Notes under the pieces: generated by a model
Seen by the model: the letters and a program-made list of their open reading frames with translations, nothing else
What the model was told of the DNA's origin: nothing
Database searches by the model: none
DNA from: Callorhinchus milii
Taxonomy: Eukaryota
DNA: 64,000 nucleotides
NCBI RefSeq assembly: GCF_018977255.1
Contig: NW_024704743.1
Coordinates: 88,290,001-88,354,000 of the forward strand
Direction: 5' to 3'
Shown: positions 45,370-57,570 of the stretch, in pieces
Numbering within the stretch: position 1 is the first letter of the stretch
How the letters are laid out: each line of letters opens with the position of its first letter
Position numbers and translations under genes: made by a program

Positions 45370-46255
45370 ATAAGCAAGGTCTCCTTGGAGATGAGTTGTG
45401 TTCTGTGAATGTGCTTGGCAATGGAATGTCAGAAGCAAGTCAACTCTCTGGGGTGGATCTTGGAGGTCTGATTGCTGAGCCAGGCAGGTCTGCAGTACTC
45501 CAGGGCACTGCTGATGAAAGACCAGCCAACCTGGCTCATTGTAGAAGCTGGAGGGGCAGATTGGGAGCAGGGATTCACTAGAGCAGGATTTCTTCCCCTC
45601 GGGCAAGAAACCCTGTAAGCTAAAGCTCTAACAACTAAACGTGGTCCTACTCTAGGGTTCCCGAACCTTCGCTTCTGCCAACCTGCGCCTAATATTTTCC
45701 AGTACTAGGTAAGCAGGATATGTCTCTCCGAGGAGAGAGTGCATAGTTCTATTTTATGCACAGATTATTTCCATCTGAAGGTGCGTAGGCAGTGGATGAA
45801 AATATTTTTTAGTGGAGACTGAATGGTCGGTCCCCTATCAGATAGGCACAGCCTGTACGCCAGCATCAAAGATGGCTTCCTCCACTCCCTCCTCCTCACC
45901 ATGTAGGCTTTGTGCCAGCTTCAAAGATAGCCACCCCCCACCCTCCTCACCATGCAGACTTTGAGGTTCATCAGCCAACAAGTTGGGAAAGGGGAAGAGG
46001 GAATCAATGGGTGGGGGCAGCTTGGAGCACTGGCTGTGGTCTTCCTCAGGGGTCAGAGCTTTCCCTCCCCAGCTCTCCCCTAAAGAAGTGAACTGGAGAT
46101 AGATTTTGGGGACTTAATCTCCTCTAGCTCTACTACCTGTTGAATATGTGTAGGTGTGGCATAGGTATGTGGAATTGTGAATCTAGTTTGGATACTCTTA
46201 AGTCATTGTGATGGGTTTCTGCATGTATCGAACACTCAGCTGATTAAAAAGAACA
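45370..46255 (+). mobile_element. Family X copy e, split by a ~350-bp insertion
   Basis: Stem-loop at 45476-45538; AGGTAAGCAGGA; resumes TAGTTTGGATACTCTTAAG...CAGCTGATTAAAAA. Confidence 0.72.
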
Positions 46256-46371
46256 GGAAGAATTTTTGTTTTGTTCTGTTGCAAACAATTGGTGGTCACT
46301 AAACTATGCCTTTGATGGTGTCTTTATCTAATCCTTTGCAAATTGAACTACAAATAGCACACAATAGATGA

Positions 46372-47235
46372 TAATTATAATAATCCTTGTATTTGATACA
46401 ACATCTTAACACTTTACACTAAAATGTGTCAAAGAGCCTCACAGGATTTTAGTGTAAAGTGTAGTGACCATGTATTGTGTAGGCAAATACAATAACGTAC
46501 CATCCAAAGGATGGCACCTCCAACAATGCAGCACAACAACAACATCAACAAAATTACATTTGTATACTGCTTTTCACGTTAGGAGGACGTCCCAAGGCGT
46601 TGGACAGACAGAGTTTCGGACCCGAGCTGGGGGTCGGGATCGGGGAGGGTGGAGGGCAGGGAGGTCAGCAGGGAGATCAAAAGCATGATCAAAGAAGAGG
46701 GTCTTGAGATGGGTCTTGAAGGAGGCAAGGGAGGGGGCAAGACGGAGGGATTGCGGGATGGAGTTCCAGAGGGTGGGGGCTGAGTGGCAGAAGGCCTGCC
46801 CATCAATAATGGACGAATGAGGTGGGGGACATGAAGCAGGCCAGAGCCCGCTGCGCGAAGGAAGCAAACAGGGTGGTAGGGGTTTAGGAGGTCGCAGAGG
46901 TAGGGGGAAGCAAGACCATGGAGGGCTTTGAAGGTGAGGACCAGGATCTTAAACTGTATCCTCTGTGTGATGGTAAGCCAATAAAGTCGGGCGAGGATGG
47001 GGGTGATAGGATAACGGAGACTGGTGCATGAGAGGACCCGGGCTGCAGAGTTCTGGATGATCTGCAGGCTATGGAGGGAGGAGTTGGGGAGGCTGACAAG
47101 CAAGGAGTTTGCATAATCAAGCCTCGATGTAATGAAAGCATGTATGAGGGTCAATTCACAACTTTAGCACTGCATTGGAGCTCTCCCTAGATTCTAAGAT
47201 CAACGTCCTGACGTTGGACTTGAACCTGCAACCTA
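46372..47235 (-). mobile_element. DeuSINE split by L2
   Basis: CATCCAAAGGATGGCACCTCCAACAATGCAGCAC before 46535; CACTGCATTGGAG...CTTGAACCTGCAACC after 47160. Confidence 0.7.
46535..47152 (-). mobile_element. L2 3' 620 bp
   Basis: TLIHAFITSRLDYANS and QNSAAR; type A tail. Confidence 0.9.
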
Positions 47236-47997
47236 TTAACAGTATGAATAATTCACTATAGTACTATAGAGATCTCAACTCCAAGTGTATCCAATGGTTT
47301 TTCTAACAATCTAATCCTATATGTTCAAAACTCAGTTTCAGTGCTGCCTCCAAACAATGGGAATCTTTGAAAAAGATGCATACCCGTTTTTATTTGTGTA
47401 CATACTGCAGTAAGAGGACTTCTTAGATTCTTTGGTGCCTGTGAATAGACCTCGGCACAAAGTAAACATTTGACTCCATTTTAAATGTTATCTGAATGGA
47501 CCGTAAGTACCTTAATAAATCGCAGCTACTTTGTGAGGACATCTGCTTGCAATTAATCAGGCAGCAGATTGCTGCTCCTTACTGATATTCACCATCTCAG
47601 TTACATCAGTTATTCAGAATGGAAATGCAGGACTTTTAATCCAGTGTAATGAATAGACTTCATGGAAGCATGAAAGCAGGATATGACTTTTGATCTCTGC
47701 ATGTTGGCTGGAAAAAGCAAGGACAGAAAGAATTATTGTACTCGAAATGTGTATTCAAAGCAAACATAGCACACGTTTTAAAATATATTTTACTCTAATA
47801 ATTTTGAAAGACCTTTAAATAGAATGTTAACATGGTAACACTCAGCTCAACTAGCCTGTACTGGTGTTTACACCCACATGCACCTCCATGCCTCCTATGC
47901 CCCTATATTTGTTCTTCCTTTTTTTTTGCAAAAGAGTGTTCGATGACCCTTTGTCCTCCTGTGAAAAAGGATTTGAGAAAGAAATTTTCATCGTGAT

Positions 47998-49565
47998 TTC
48001 ATAGAATCATAGATTCATAGAATTATACAGCAAAGAAGGAGGCCATTCGGCTCATCGTTTCCTTGCCGGCTCTTTGAAAGTCTGTCCAAATGAATCCCAT
48101 TTCCCCGCTTTCTCCTCATAGCTCTGCAAATTTGTCCTCTCCAAATTCTCTCTTGAAAATTGTTATCCAAAACTGAAAGATCATCCAAAACTCTGCAGCT
48201 CCTGTACTCTCACACACCAGGCTCCGTGACCCCATCACTCCCACCCTCGCCCGACTCCACTGGCTTCCCATCCCCCAGAGGATCGAGTTCAAGATCCTCG
48301 TCCTCACCTTTAAGGCCATCCATGGCCTTGGCCTCTCCTACTCTCTGACCAGCTGATTCCCTACCAACCTGCCCACCGTTCGTTGGGCTCTGGCCTGCTC
48401 CATGTCTCCCGACCAACCTGTACTACCATCGGTGGCCAGGCTTTCAGCCTCTCTGCCCCCATACTCTGGAACTCCATCCCACGGTCCCTTCGCCTCACTT
48501 CCTCCCTTGCCTCCTTCAAGGCCAGCTTCAAGACCCTTCTCTTCGACCGTGCCTTTGGTCTCCTTTCTATCTCTCTGCTTCCTTCACCCCTACACCACCC
48601 CTCCCCCATGCTCGGGCCCCGACATCTGACTGTTCAGCGCTTTGGGACATCCTCCCGACATGAAAGGCGCTCTATAAATGCAATTTTGTTGTTGTTGTTA
48701 TCAAATCGGCTTCCACCACCCTTTCCAGCAATGCATTTGAGATCCGAACAACCTGCTGTGTGAAAACAATTCTCCTCACCTCCCCTCTGGTTCTTTGGCA
48801 ACTATTTGAATCTGTGTCCTCTGGTTACCGACCCACCTGCCAGTGGAAACAGTTTCTCCCTGTTCACCCTATCGACTTCCTTCATAATTTTTAACACCTC
48901 TATTAAATTTTCCCTTAACCTTCACTGCTCCAAGGAGAATAATCCTAGCTTTTCTAGCCTCTCCTCATAACTGAAGTCCCTCATTCCTGGTACTCATTAC
49001 TGGTACCATTTTACCATCCTGGGCAAGTTTCCTTACTCCACATGCCTGATAATAAGTCAGAGAAACAACCCTTCACCACTACTTTCTGCTTTCTGTCTCA
49101 CAGCCAGTTCTGTATCCATGCTGCCGCTGTCCCTTTAAACCCTTTAATACCACAGGCCTCAATTTTCTAACAAGTCTATTATGTAGCACTTCATCAAAAG
49201 CCTTTTGAAAATCCATATATACTACATCAACTGCACTATCCTCATCCACCCTCTCCATTACTTCATCTAAAATCTCTATCAGGTTTGTTAAACATGATTT
49301 GCCTTTAGCAAATCCATGTACGCTTCCTTTATTAACCCATATTTTTCTTAGTGAAAATTTATTTTGTTCCAGGTTATCATTTCTAAAAGTTTCCCACCAC
49401 TGACATTAGGCTGACTGGCCTGTAGTTCCCGGGTTTATCCTTCTCCCCCTTTTTGTACATGGGAGCAACAGTTGCAAAGGTCCAGTCCTCTGGTACCACT
49501 CCGGTGTCCAAGGAGTATTGAAAGATTGTAGCCAGAGCCTCCGCTATTTCCACCATTATTTCCCT
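47998..49565 (-). mobile_element. CR1 LINE (RT to 3' end), deleted and interrupted
   Basis: (ATAGAATC)n tail; SLDTGVVPEDW and KKGEKDKPGNYRPVSL; DFQKAFD encoded near 49200. Confidence 0.9.
48178..48699 (+). mobile_element. L2 3' end inserted into the CR1
   Basis: IIQNSA start; type A tail; TTGTTATC on both sides. Confidence 0.92.
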
Positions 49566-49574
49566 CACTTGAAT

Positions 49575-49915
49575 GATTAACATGGACAATAAATTCATAG
49601 GGGTCTTGACAGTACACAAATCTGAACTATACCACTGTGTTTCATTGCAAGTCTCATTCAACCTGTTAGTTTTTGTAGAATCTCCTCACTATAACTTTCC
49701 TCCTTCAGCTCTCAACGTGAGACTGCACTCAATGTGACAATATATTTTCTGCTTGTCCTGGTCGAAAGAATCCAGCTTGTGTGTATTTTCTGCTGCACAA
49801 AGTTTCTCTTGTAATGCATCTTTGAGTTCCTGTAGCAGGGTACTCAACTTTTTCTCAGCAGGTGTAGTCGCTTGGATTTCCTTTATCTCACTTCAGTTCA
49901 CACACAGCTGTTTAC
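49575..49915 (-). pseudogene. Possible CR1 ORF1 relic (zinc finger, coiled coil, SGNH esterase)
   Basis: CVN*..DYTC, LLQELKDALQEKL, RRKVIV/GDS and DPYEFIVHV in the expected order, with frameshifts. Confidence 0.5.
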
Positions 49916-50557
49916 ATACTATTGCTAGCTACTATGAAGCAACAAAGAACTACCTCTCTTTACTACATATAACTTTGCTGTTTGTTCAGCTGAACATTTA
50001 CAGTTACACCAATAAGGAGAGAGGAGGAGAGATCAGTTGGTTCCCTTGTACATGCCTTCAGTACCATTGATGCTTTCTGCAGATTTACTCGAAGGAGATA
50101 GCAGTCAGCCTGTGAGATTGACACTGCTGATCTTGTGCCAAGTTCCATACATAATGGTTCACCCTCCACCCAGATAATGGTGTTAGACTGTCTGATTCCA
50201 ACCTGTCCAGAAGATTGTTACTTGTTCCATTGCTTTCATTGTCTCTTCTCTCTGTATTGCATTACTTAACTGGTTTGTTTCTTATAAACCTTTCATTTGC
50301 TACCAGACCTGTCCTTGCCTCCGACACACTTGCCAGACATTGCCCTTCTGTGTTTTATTTGATAATGGGATTCATTTATAAAGCAGCAACCATATGAGGC
50401 CAAGGTCATGTTGCCCACAGCTGTAGCACTCTTACTCTGGGGATTGTTCCATATGATTAACATTGGTTTGCTAGCAAAGTTCCACAACATCTCAGCCAAC
50501 AGTTTTCATAGGAATAACTATTTCAAGAGCTTTAAAGAAGCTGTAATCTTCCAACAG

Positions 50558-50668
50558 CCATTTTTGCCTGCAAAATACACAGTCACTACACTTTACAGTA
50601 AAACCTGTGAAACACTTTGAAATGTCCTTATAATGTGAAAGACGCTGTAGCAAATGCAAGGATTATTG
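50558..50668 (+). mobile_element. SINE tail fragment
   Basis: CAGTCACTACACTTTACAGT...CAAATGCAAGGATTATT. Confidence 0.7.
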
Positions 50669-52176
50669 GTACTTTTGGAAGCTTTCTGATTACTAGCCAT
50701 AGTCCAGAGAATAACATTAATTTAGTACCCAATGCACAGAGTTCAGTTTACAAAGTAGATAAACCAATTCACAGATACTTTTCTCTTCTGCTTGGTCCCA
50801 TCTATGGCTTTGGAGGCACCTGAGGCTGAGGTTACGGTTGCCTTAAGTGTAGTGATTTTAATGATGTGGAATTATAATGGGAAAATCTCAGTGGAGGCAG
50901 AAATCATCACTGCTGCCACATGGAACTCCGACCAGGATTTCAGCCCTCTGCTAAGGACAACTGATCTGTTCTCTAGCCTTTGATGAGCTTTTGTGGAATT
51001 GGAGCCCCGGAGCAGTTTGTATATCTTTCTACGGATCAAACTTACAATCACTCCAGCAATTCCTTCTACTCTTGGATCATTTGTGAAAAATAAGGACTCT
51101 ATCCATTCCATGTAAAGTTGATCACTGCCTCATTGAACTGATTTAATGTTTTAGTTATTGCTAACTGTTATCAATTATAAGGAATACCCTGGGAATTAAA
51201 TATCAACTCTTCTATGTCTGGTCTAAAGGATGCAAATTGAGCAAAAATAACATACATTATTGCTCACTTTATGCAGAGCTCCGAGTATCCGGCTATGGCT
51301 ATCACAGTCATAATATGTAAAGATCTTATGTTTTATAGTGACCATTCATGCATGCAACATTGCATTATTGATTGTGTCCAACATATCCACTGTGTAGATT
51401 AAATGTAATGAGTCATGTCCTCTATTCCTCCTTAATGGTTTTGCGGAGTTTTGCAAACCACCCTTCTCGCAGCACAATCCTGTTTTCACCTCCGCTTGTC
51501 ACTTATTTGTCAAATACTGTACTTTAACTGAATACAGTAATGTGCAACTTGAAAGATAATTGATTCAGAACTAATGCAGAACTAATAAGTGGATTTTATA
51601 TTCATGCAGAGCCAAAAATAACAGCGTAGTTTTGTTGTGTGCAATATCTGTAGAAAATAGTGCAGCATGTAATATACTGAAACAATGGAGATGACGATGT
51701 TTTTGACATGGGAGGTGTTATTTGTATTTTCTCTGCTTGGAAAGATTACATTTGACCTGTAAAAACAACCATGCCTGGAGAAGAAAGCAATATTGAAAAT
51801 AAAAACTCATTGTAATTCAGTATATTAAAATATTTCAACTGGGTTTATAGACATAATGGTTTATCTCTTAAATATATCACCCATCCTCAGGGTATGATCA
51901 AAAATATGCATATTACTGCAGGAAGGACTGGTTTGGGATTTATGTTTGCCATTAATTGTTCCAGGGTGAAATTGTAATCTTCGCTCCTATGTAAAAATTA
52001 ACTCAATCACAGCCATAGGTTATTAAAAGAACATCGAACTATTAATAAAAGTTAACCCTTAGCTCATGTTAGAGACAAGGGCATGTCACTGCATATTTCT
52101 GAATAAAAATCATGTTTCTATTTTTCTGCCTTCTTTCTTACAGACTTTTAATAACCAAGATTTGTATCACCTACCC

Positions 52177-52340
52177 CAGTGGTGGCCAAGCTTTTCAGGC
52201 TGGTCACCAAATAAATGTTGTTGATTGAAAATATCCTGATTTATGGCCACACCATAAACATCACCACTCAGCAGCTACTGGAAACAAAACATTGATTTAA
52301 ATGTTCAGCTGACCACTTCTTGATGGGCTGATCACCACTG
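52177..52340. mobile_element. hAT/Charlie-type MITE, 164 bp, same family as 24822
   Basis: TIRs CAGTGGTGGCC and GATCACCACTG; 8-bp flanks ACCTACCC and TCCTGCCC. Confidence 0.7.
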
Positions 52341-52476
52341 TCCTGCCCTGTAGTTGGTGGGGGGCGGGGGGGAGGGGGCAGAAAATGCAGTCAAAACATA
52401 GTATTTGAGAGTGTACAGGATTTGGAAAAATCTGAACTCTGTATACACTGCATTAATAGAATCTTAACTCAGGTAT

Positions 52477-52920
52477 TACAACAACAGCAACTTGCACTTA
52501 TATAGCGCCCTCCACAAAGGGTCGTGTCTCAGAGCACTTAACAGTGGCAGAATCTGACTCCGAGCCAGGGGGGGTGGGGTGGGTGGGGGGTTAACGGGAG
52601 GTAACCGTAAGCATGGTTGAAGAGGAAGGTTTTTAGGTGGGACTTGAAAAAGGGGAGAAAGGGGGCAAGGCGGAGGGATTGAGGGAGTTTCGGGGGCGTA
52701 GGTGGCTGAAAGCACGACCTCTGATGGTGGAGCAAAGGATGCGAGGGATGAGCAGGAAGCTGGTGCTAGTTGAGCGAAGTTGCCGTGAGGTGGATTTGGG
52801 AGTGAGGAGGTCGGAGATTTAGGGAGGTACCGGAGAGTGAAGGGATTTGAACATGAGTGTGAGGATCTTGAAGTCAATCTGTTTAGTGATGGGGAGCCAG
52901 TGGAGCCTGGCCAGAACTGG
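52477..52920 (-). mobile_element. L2 3' end (type B tail)
   Basis: [14 protein letters not shown] and FKSHLKTFLF. Confidence 0.88.
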
Positions 52921-53061
52921 TGAGAATGTGGTAGAATTTAATCCTATTGCTTTCAGCAATGCATATCAGGTTTTGCTTACATCTGTAGCAGACAGAGCCA
53001 TGTACATCACATGTTTATTATCTTGTGATCACACGTATCCAATAGTACACGACAATAAGCA

Positions 53062-53222
53062 GGGTTAGGCAGGATGCACCCCTCCAGGGAGAGCGTGCAG
53101 ATTCCATTTCAGACATTAGGAAATTTCAATGTGGCATTCATGGAACTGTCAGTCCAATTTGGATACTCTTTAGTGTGGTGATGAGTTTCCTCATGTATCA
53201 GTCACCCAGCTGACCAACACAA
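53062..53222 (+). mobile_element. Family X copy f (3' end)
   Basis: TTTGGATACTCTT...GTATCAGTCACCCAGCTGACCAA. Confidence 0.75.
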
Positions 53223-53659
53223 ATTAGCAATTGGTAATCACAATGTACAATAATGTACAATGGCAAAAAACAAATTTGAGAATGAAGGCAGCCCAGCTTC
53301 TGCTGTGATCAAGGTAAGAAACTGGATTCTGTAACCTTATTAAAGTTTAAGCTGTATGGTACAATGCACAGAATAAGCTATTCCTCTAAATATTGTATCA
53401 TACAGATGTACTATAGTTCTCCTGGATATGTTGTGGATTAAGGATAGAACACACCCTGCATGCTATACACATTACAAGTGTACTCTCCAAACCAGTTCAT
53501 TGTGCCTCATTCAAGGTGAATCCAACTTAACAGTAGCACAAGGACAAACTTTGCCCAGTTGGTCACACTTACCCAACTTCTTTCAAGTTAGATATCTCAT
53601 TATTCACTAACCTTGACTGTAGTGACTTATTCCACTCATTGTCTCTTCTTAATATAATA

Positions 53660-53815
53660 ATAAAAATAACAATTATAATCCTTGTATTTGAAATACAGTC
53701 TTTCATATCGGGAGGACGTTTCAAATGCTTCGCAAAACACAGTACATCTCCAACATTGCAGCACACCCTCAGCAATGCATTGCAGTATCAGTCAATATTG
53801 TAAGTTCAAAGTCTC
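53660..53815 (-). mobile_element. DeuSINE, deleted
   Basis: SINE tail plus CTCCAACATTGCAGCACACCCTCAG. Confidence 0.62.
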
Positions 53816-54249
53816 AACACTTTATATTATAATTTACAAGCCAGGAAGTGCTTTAAAATGTATCTAATTTTTTCCCGATTTGTTGTTTTCTCAAAAGTAT
53901 ATTCAGTTTGCAGATCCCAACTGACTGGGTAAGACCAGCAGAAAGGCCCCATCAGCTGAGAAGACATTTCAGTCTTGCATTTTATGTGGTAAGGACCGTT
54001 ATTTTGCTATTAGTATTCAGGAATTATTCTTAATTACCAATTTAAATGTTTAGTAGCGACTTTGCTATCATGCATCTGTCTGTCTCAAAGAATATTAACA
54101 GTCTCGCTGATTGTGACTTCCTGACACCTGCCTGTCTACAGTTAGCATGTTTGGCCTTGTTTCAACTGTATTCCTTTTAACCCTTTACACTGCTGGTATA
54201 AGAAGATATCGAAAAGTGAAGAGGCATTTTGTGACACCTCCCCGTTTTG

Positions 54250-54385
54250 TTTGTGAGACACTACTGTGCGCAAATTAACTGCTCACGTTCGCTCACAAAT
54301 ACACTTTAAGTGAAGCGCTTTGAGACATCCTCCCAAAGTGAAAAGTGCCATATCAAATGCAAGGATTATATTTTATTATTATTAT
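54250..54385 (+). mobile_element. SINE 3' part
   Basis: GTGAAGCGCTTTGAGACATCCTCCC...TATCAAATGCAAGG. Confidence 0.75.
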
Positions 54386-54509
54386 AAACATTTTTTGACT
54401 ATCAAAGGAAGATATTATTGATACACTCTGCTTGGCAGACACACAAACATATCCTCTAATTTGCTAAAGTGCTATAAAATGCAAAAACTATGTGTTTTAG
54501 CTGGATAAT

Positions 54510-54717
54510 AGGCCTGAAAATCCATCTCGGTCTAGATTTACTGTATTGATATTGTATTTCAAAGCATCCAGAATGACAAATTCGTTTAAAAAAGCCTTAA
54601 TTTTGAAGCTGTTTTTCTTCAACCAGCTTCAAAGACCCAATTCAACAATTTGACAAATTCTGGGCTATCTAAAATATTAAATTAGAATAATTTTAAACCC
54701 AGATGGAATTTTATCCT
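54510..54717. repeat. Decayed fold-back element (probable MITE)
   Basis: Inverted ends AAAATCCATCTCGGT and ACCCAGATGGAATTT; perfect 10-bp central stem at 54602-54611 and 54624-54633. Confidence 0.6.
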
Positions 54718-55104
54718 AACTGTACTCACAAAATTACTACAAAACAAATACATTTTATAAAAAAATCAATACACTGTAGACAAACTCATTTCAGATATCA
54801 TTGTAATTCTTTAGCGAGCAATAGAATTTCTGATCCAGATGTGACACTTTCATTTATAATTTATATAAATGTGTAATGTTCATCCAAGTGCAACATCCGC
54901 CCAATTATTCATTTTTATAATGCTCAGAGCTCTGAATGTTGTCACTTTATGGCCTAGTTTTACTTTAAGAGAACTGTACAGCCAAGATCTAATGTATTTT
55001 TTTAAAAAAGGGAAGTTTTGTTTATATCTTGTTGTCAAACGATAAATTATTTCATATTATTTTCTTTTGGTTTGATTTTAGAATGCGTTTTTGGCATCAA
55101 GCCA

Positions 55105-55168
55105 CCCCACTGTTCAGTTCTCTGAAATGCATGAAGGGCACTACATAAATGAACTTGTTGTTGTTGTA
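55105..55168 (+). mobile_element. L2 type B tail
   Basis: CATGAAGGGCACTACATAAATGAAC(TTG)n. Confidence 0.65.
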
Positions 55169-55764
55169 TTCATTGAGTGAATGTACGGGTCCTGCAAATT
55201 AATCTTTCTTTGTACATTTTGTATAACTGCAGGTGCCACACATCCCAGGATCAAAATAACTTGTCAAATTTAGTGAGATGTTCATTCACTGCAAAAACTG
55301 GTGCCTATATCACAGCCGTTGTAAACTATAAATTTGGAGACACAGTCCGTCCACAAGTACATCCGAATATGATCACAGAAACTTTCCGATCAAAGCAAAT
55401 CTCAATTACACCGTTGAGTTAGGCTTTACTACAAAGGTTTTAGCTTTAACTGAAAAACATTTTGATACAAAATATTTTCCATAAACTGCCTGATGTTTGC
55501 CTCGGTACGTCATTCTCATTTATGGTTTGATGCAGGTGCCTGCTCTTCACAGATTTTACATGGAATACAACTATTACTGTTATGCACATTACTATATGTA
55601 AGTATGTATGTCATCCACTGAATCGTCGTAAAAGATGAATTGAATTATAGGTTTCTATTATTTATCCACATATACTATGGTGTCAATGAACCCAATCTGG
55701 TGGCTGTTCATTCATTACACAGATTACATAAAGTTGTTGAGATAACATCAAATCTCTTTAGTAA

Positions 55765-56003
55765 AAAAAAGTCCATGCACCATTTGAAAAGAGTTTTCCC
55801 AGTGTCCTGGCAAACAATCTCCCAGATAAAATAGGTCAGTCACTTCATGGCTATGTGTGGGACATTGCTGTAAGCAAATTGGCTGCTACATTTGCCAACA
55901 AAATACACACTTACAGTAAATTCTAAGGAGTACTTTGAGATGTCTTCCCAATGTGAAAGGTGTTATATCAAAGGCAAAGATTTATAAATATTTATTTATT
56001 ATT
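55765..56003 (+). mobile_element. DeuSINE 3' part
   Basis: CCATTTGAAAAGAGTTTTCCCAGTGTCCTGGCAAAC plus tail. Confidence 0.72.
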
Positions 56004-56317
56004 TTTTAAGGTGTGCTCTTTGAAGACTGAACAACTATATCAGGAGGCAGAAGGTAAGTAAGCAAGAGGTGCAGTCTTTGGAATGAGCTCAAACTACAAT
56101 CTCAAATCCTAAATGACTAGTTAAAGTTCTGGTCTATATCTGCAGTTTATGTCATTGATGACATTTATTCCCTTAATTAATACAGCAATAAATCACACAT
56201 GAGTTCCATGAAATTGCAGATTTTCCAAATTCATCAGAAATCAATTGTTTCCTATAGCATGCAGTGATGAATCAAGACCATGTTTCCTGTGATTCCATAT
56301 TAAACTGTCCCCTCCAG

Positions 56318-56640
56318 TTCCCTCCCGCCGCACAGTAGGTTCCAGCCTGCTCCACATCCCCTGACCGGTCCGCCCCATCATCAGCGGTCGTGCCTTCAGC
56401 TTCTCTGCCCCCACCATTTGGAACTCCCTCCTACATTCCCTTTGCCTCGTTCCCTCCCTTGCCTCCTTCAAGGCACGTCTCAAGATCCTCCTCTTCAACC
56501 ACAACTTTATCCACTCTCCTACCTCCCTGCCCTCTACTCTCCCTGATCCCAACAGCTCATGCTCGGGTCCAAATCCCTAACTTTCCAATGCCTTGGGACA
56601 TCCTCCCAATGTGAAAGGTGCTATACAAATGTAATTTTGT
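56318..56640 (+). mobile_element. L2 3' end
   Basis: GRAFSFSAPTIWNSLP; type A tail. Confidence 0.88.
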
Positions 56641-57379
56641 ATATGACTTTCAGATCATTTGTGCACATTGAAACCTCTTCAAATTTTAAACTGTTTCATG
56701 CCATCATTCAGGAAGTGGTTGGTGATGTCAATTGCAAATATGTACTTTTAATCCCACTTAGTCCACTGGGTTTTGTGCTCCCTTTTACTTCTACAGGTGA
56801 AATGTCTTTTATTCCAGTGACCCATGCTAACCTGACCTGGTATGATTCTTTTGTGTAGCACTCCAGGATATCCCATCATGGGCAGGTAGCAATGATTGAG
56901 CTAGTTGCTCGGACGGCCATATTGACCTTTTCACTGATCCACTGCCAATTTTTTCTTGTCATTGTTGCTCTGGGAAAATCTGAGGTGAATACATTCAATC
57001 ATCACAAAGTCCGAGAACTTCAGAAATAAAATCTCCTTCATCTCCTGATTGCAAGATCTGTGCTTACTTATTCTGCATGCATGCACCAAAGACAGTTGCA
57101 ATTGCCCAGGTGCAGGCAAAAAAATGGATTATGATATTGTAATAGCCTTCAAAGATATTGTGTGTTATTATGACCCTTAATCATTTATTGCACAATTTCA
57201 CTGGTTCTTTGTGCTCATTCACTACTGTGCACAATGGAGCTTTCTTGACTGGCATTTGAACTCACCTCTTACTCCCAATCTGAGGCCCAAATTGTCCCTT
57301 TGTTTTAAAATCATGCAAACATTTGGAAAAAATATGTTAATTTCAGTCTTAATTTTGAAGCTAGTTAATGCCAACCTGG

Positions 57380-57570
57380 CTCCTCCGAATGTGAAAAGTG
57401 CTATATCAAATGAAAGAATTATTATTATTAATTTCTTAAATAGAAATTTTAAATAAAAGCACTTCATAGGGCACTCTGAAGTCCCTAGGCTCGACATTAC
57501 ATATTTGTGAGCACAAGTGGCAGCCAATTTGCACACAACAAGGTCTGACAAATATTCATGACATGATTGA
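57380..57570. mobile_element. Two convergent SINE remnants (+ tail 57380-57430; - body 57455-57570)
   Basis: GTGAAAAGTGCTATATCAAATG(ATT)n; GTGGCAGCCAATTTGCACA. Confidence 0.6.

Noticed and set aside
45505..45540. Hammerhead or C/D-box snoRNA suggested by CTGATGA in family X (also 7845)
   Set aside because: No stem II followed by GAAA and no downstream box D in the right geometry; kept only as an unexplained stem-loop
50872..51111. 79-aa ATG ORF on the minus strand
   Set aside because: Unrecognised peptide that runs into a probable MITE end; length is within chance expectation
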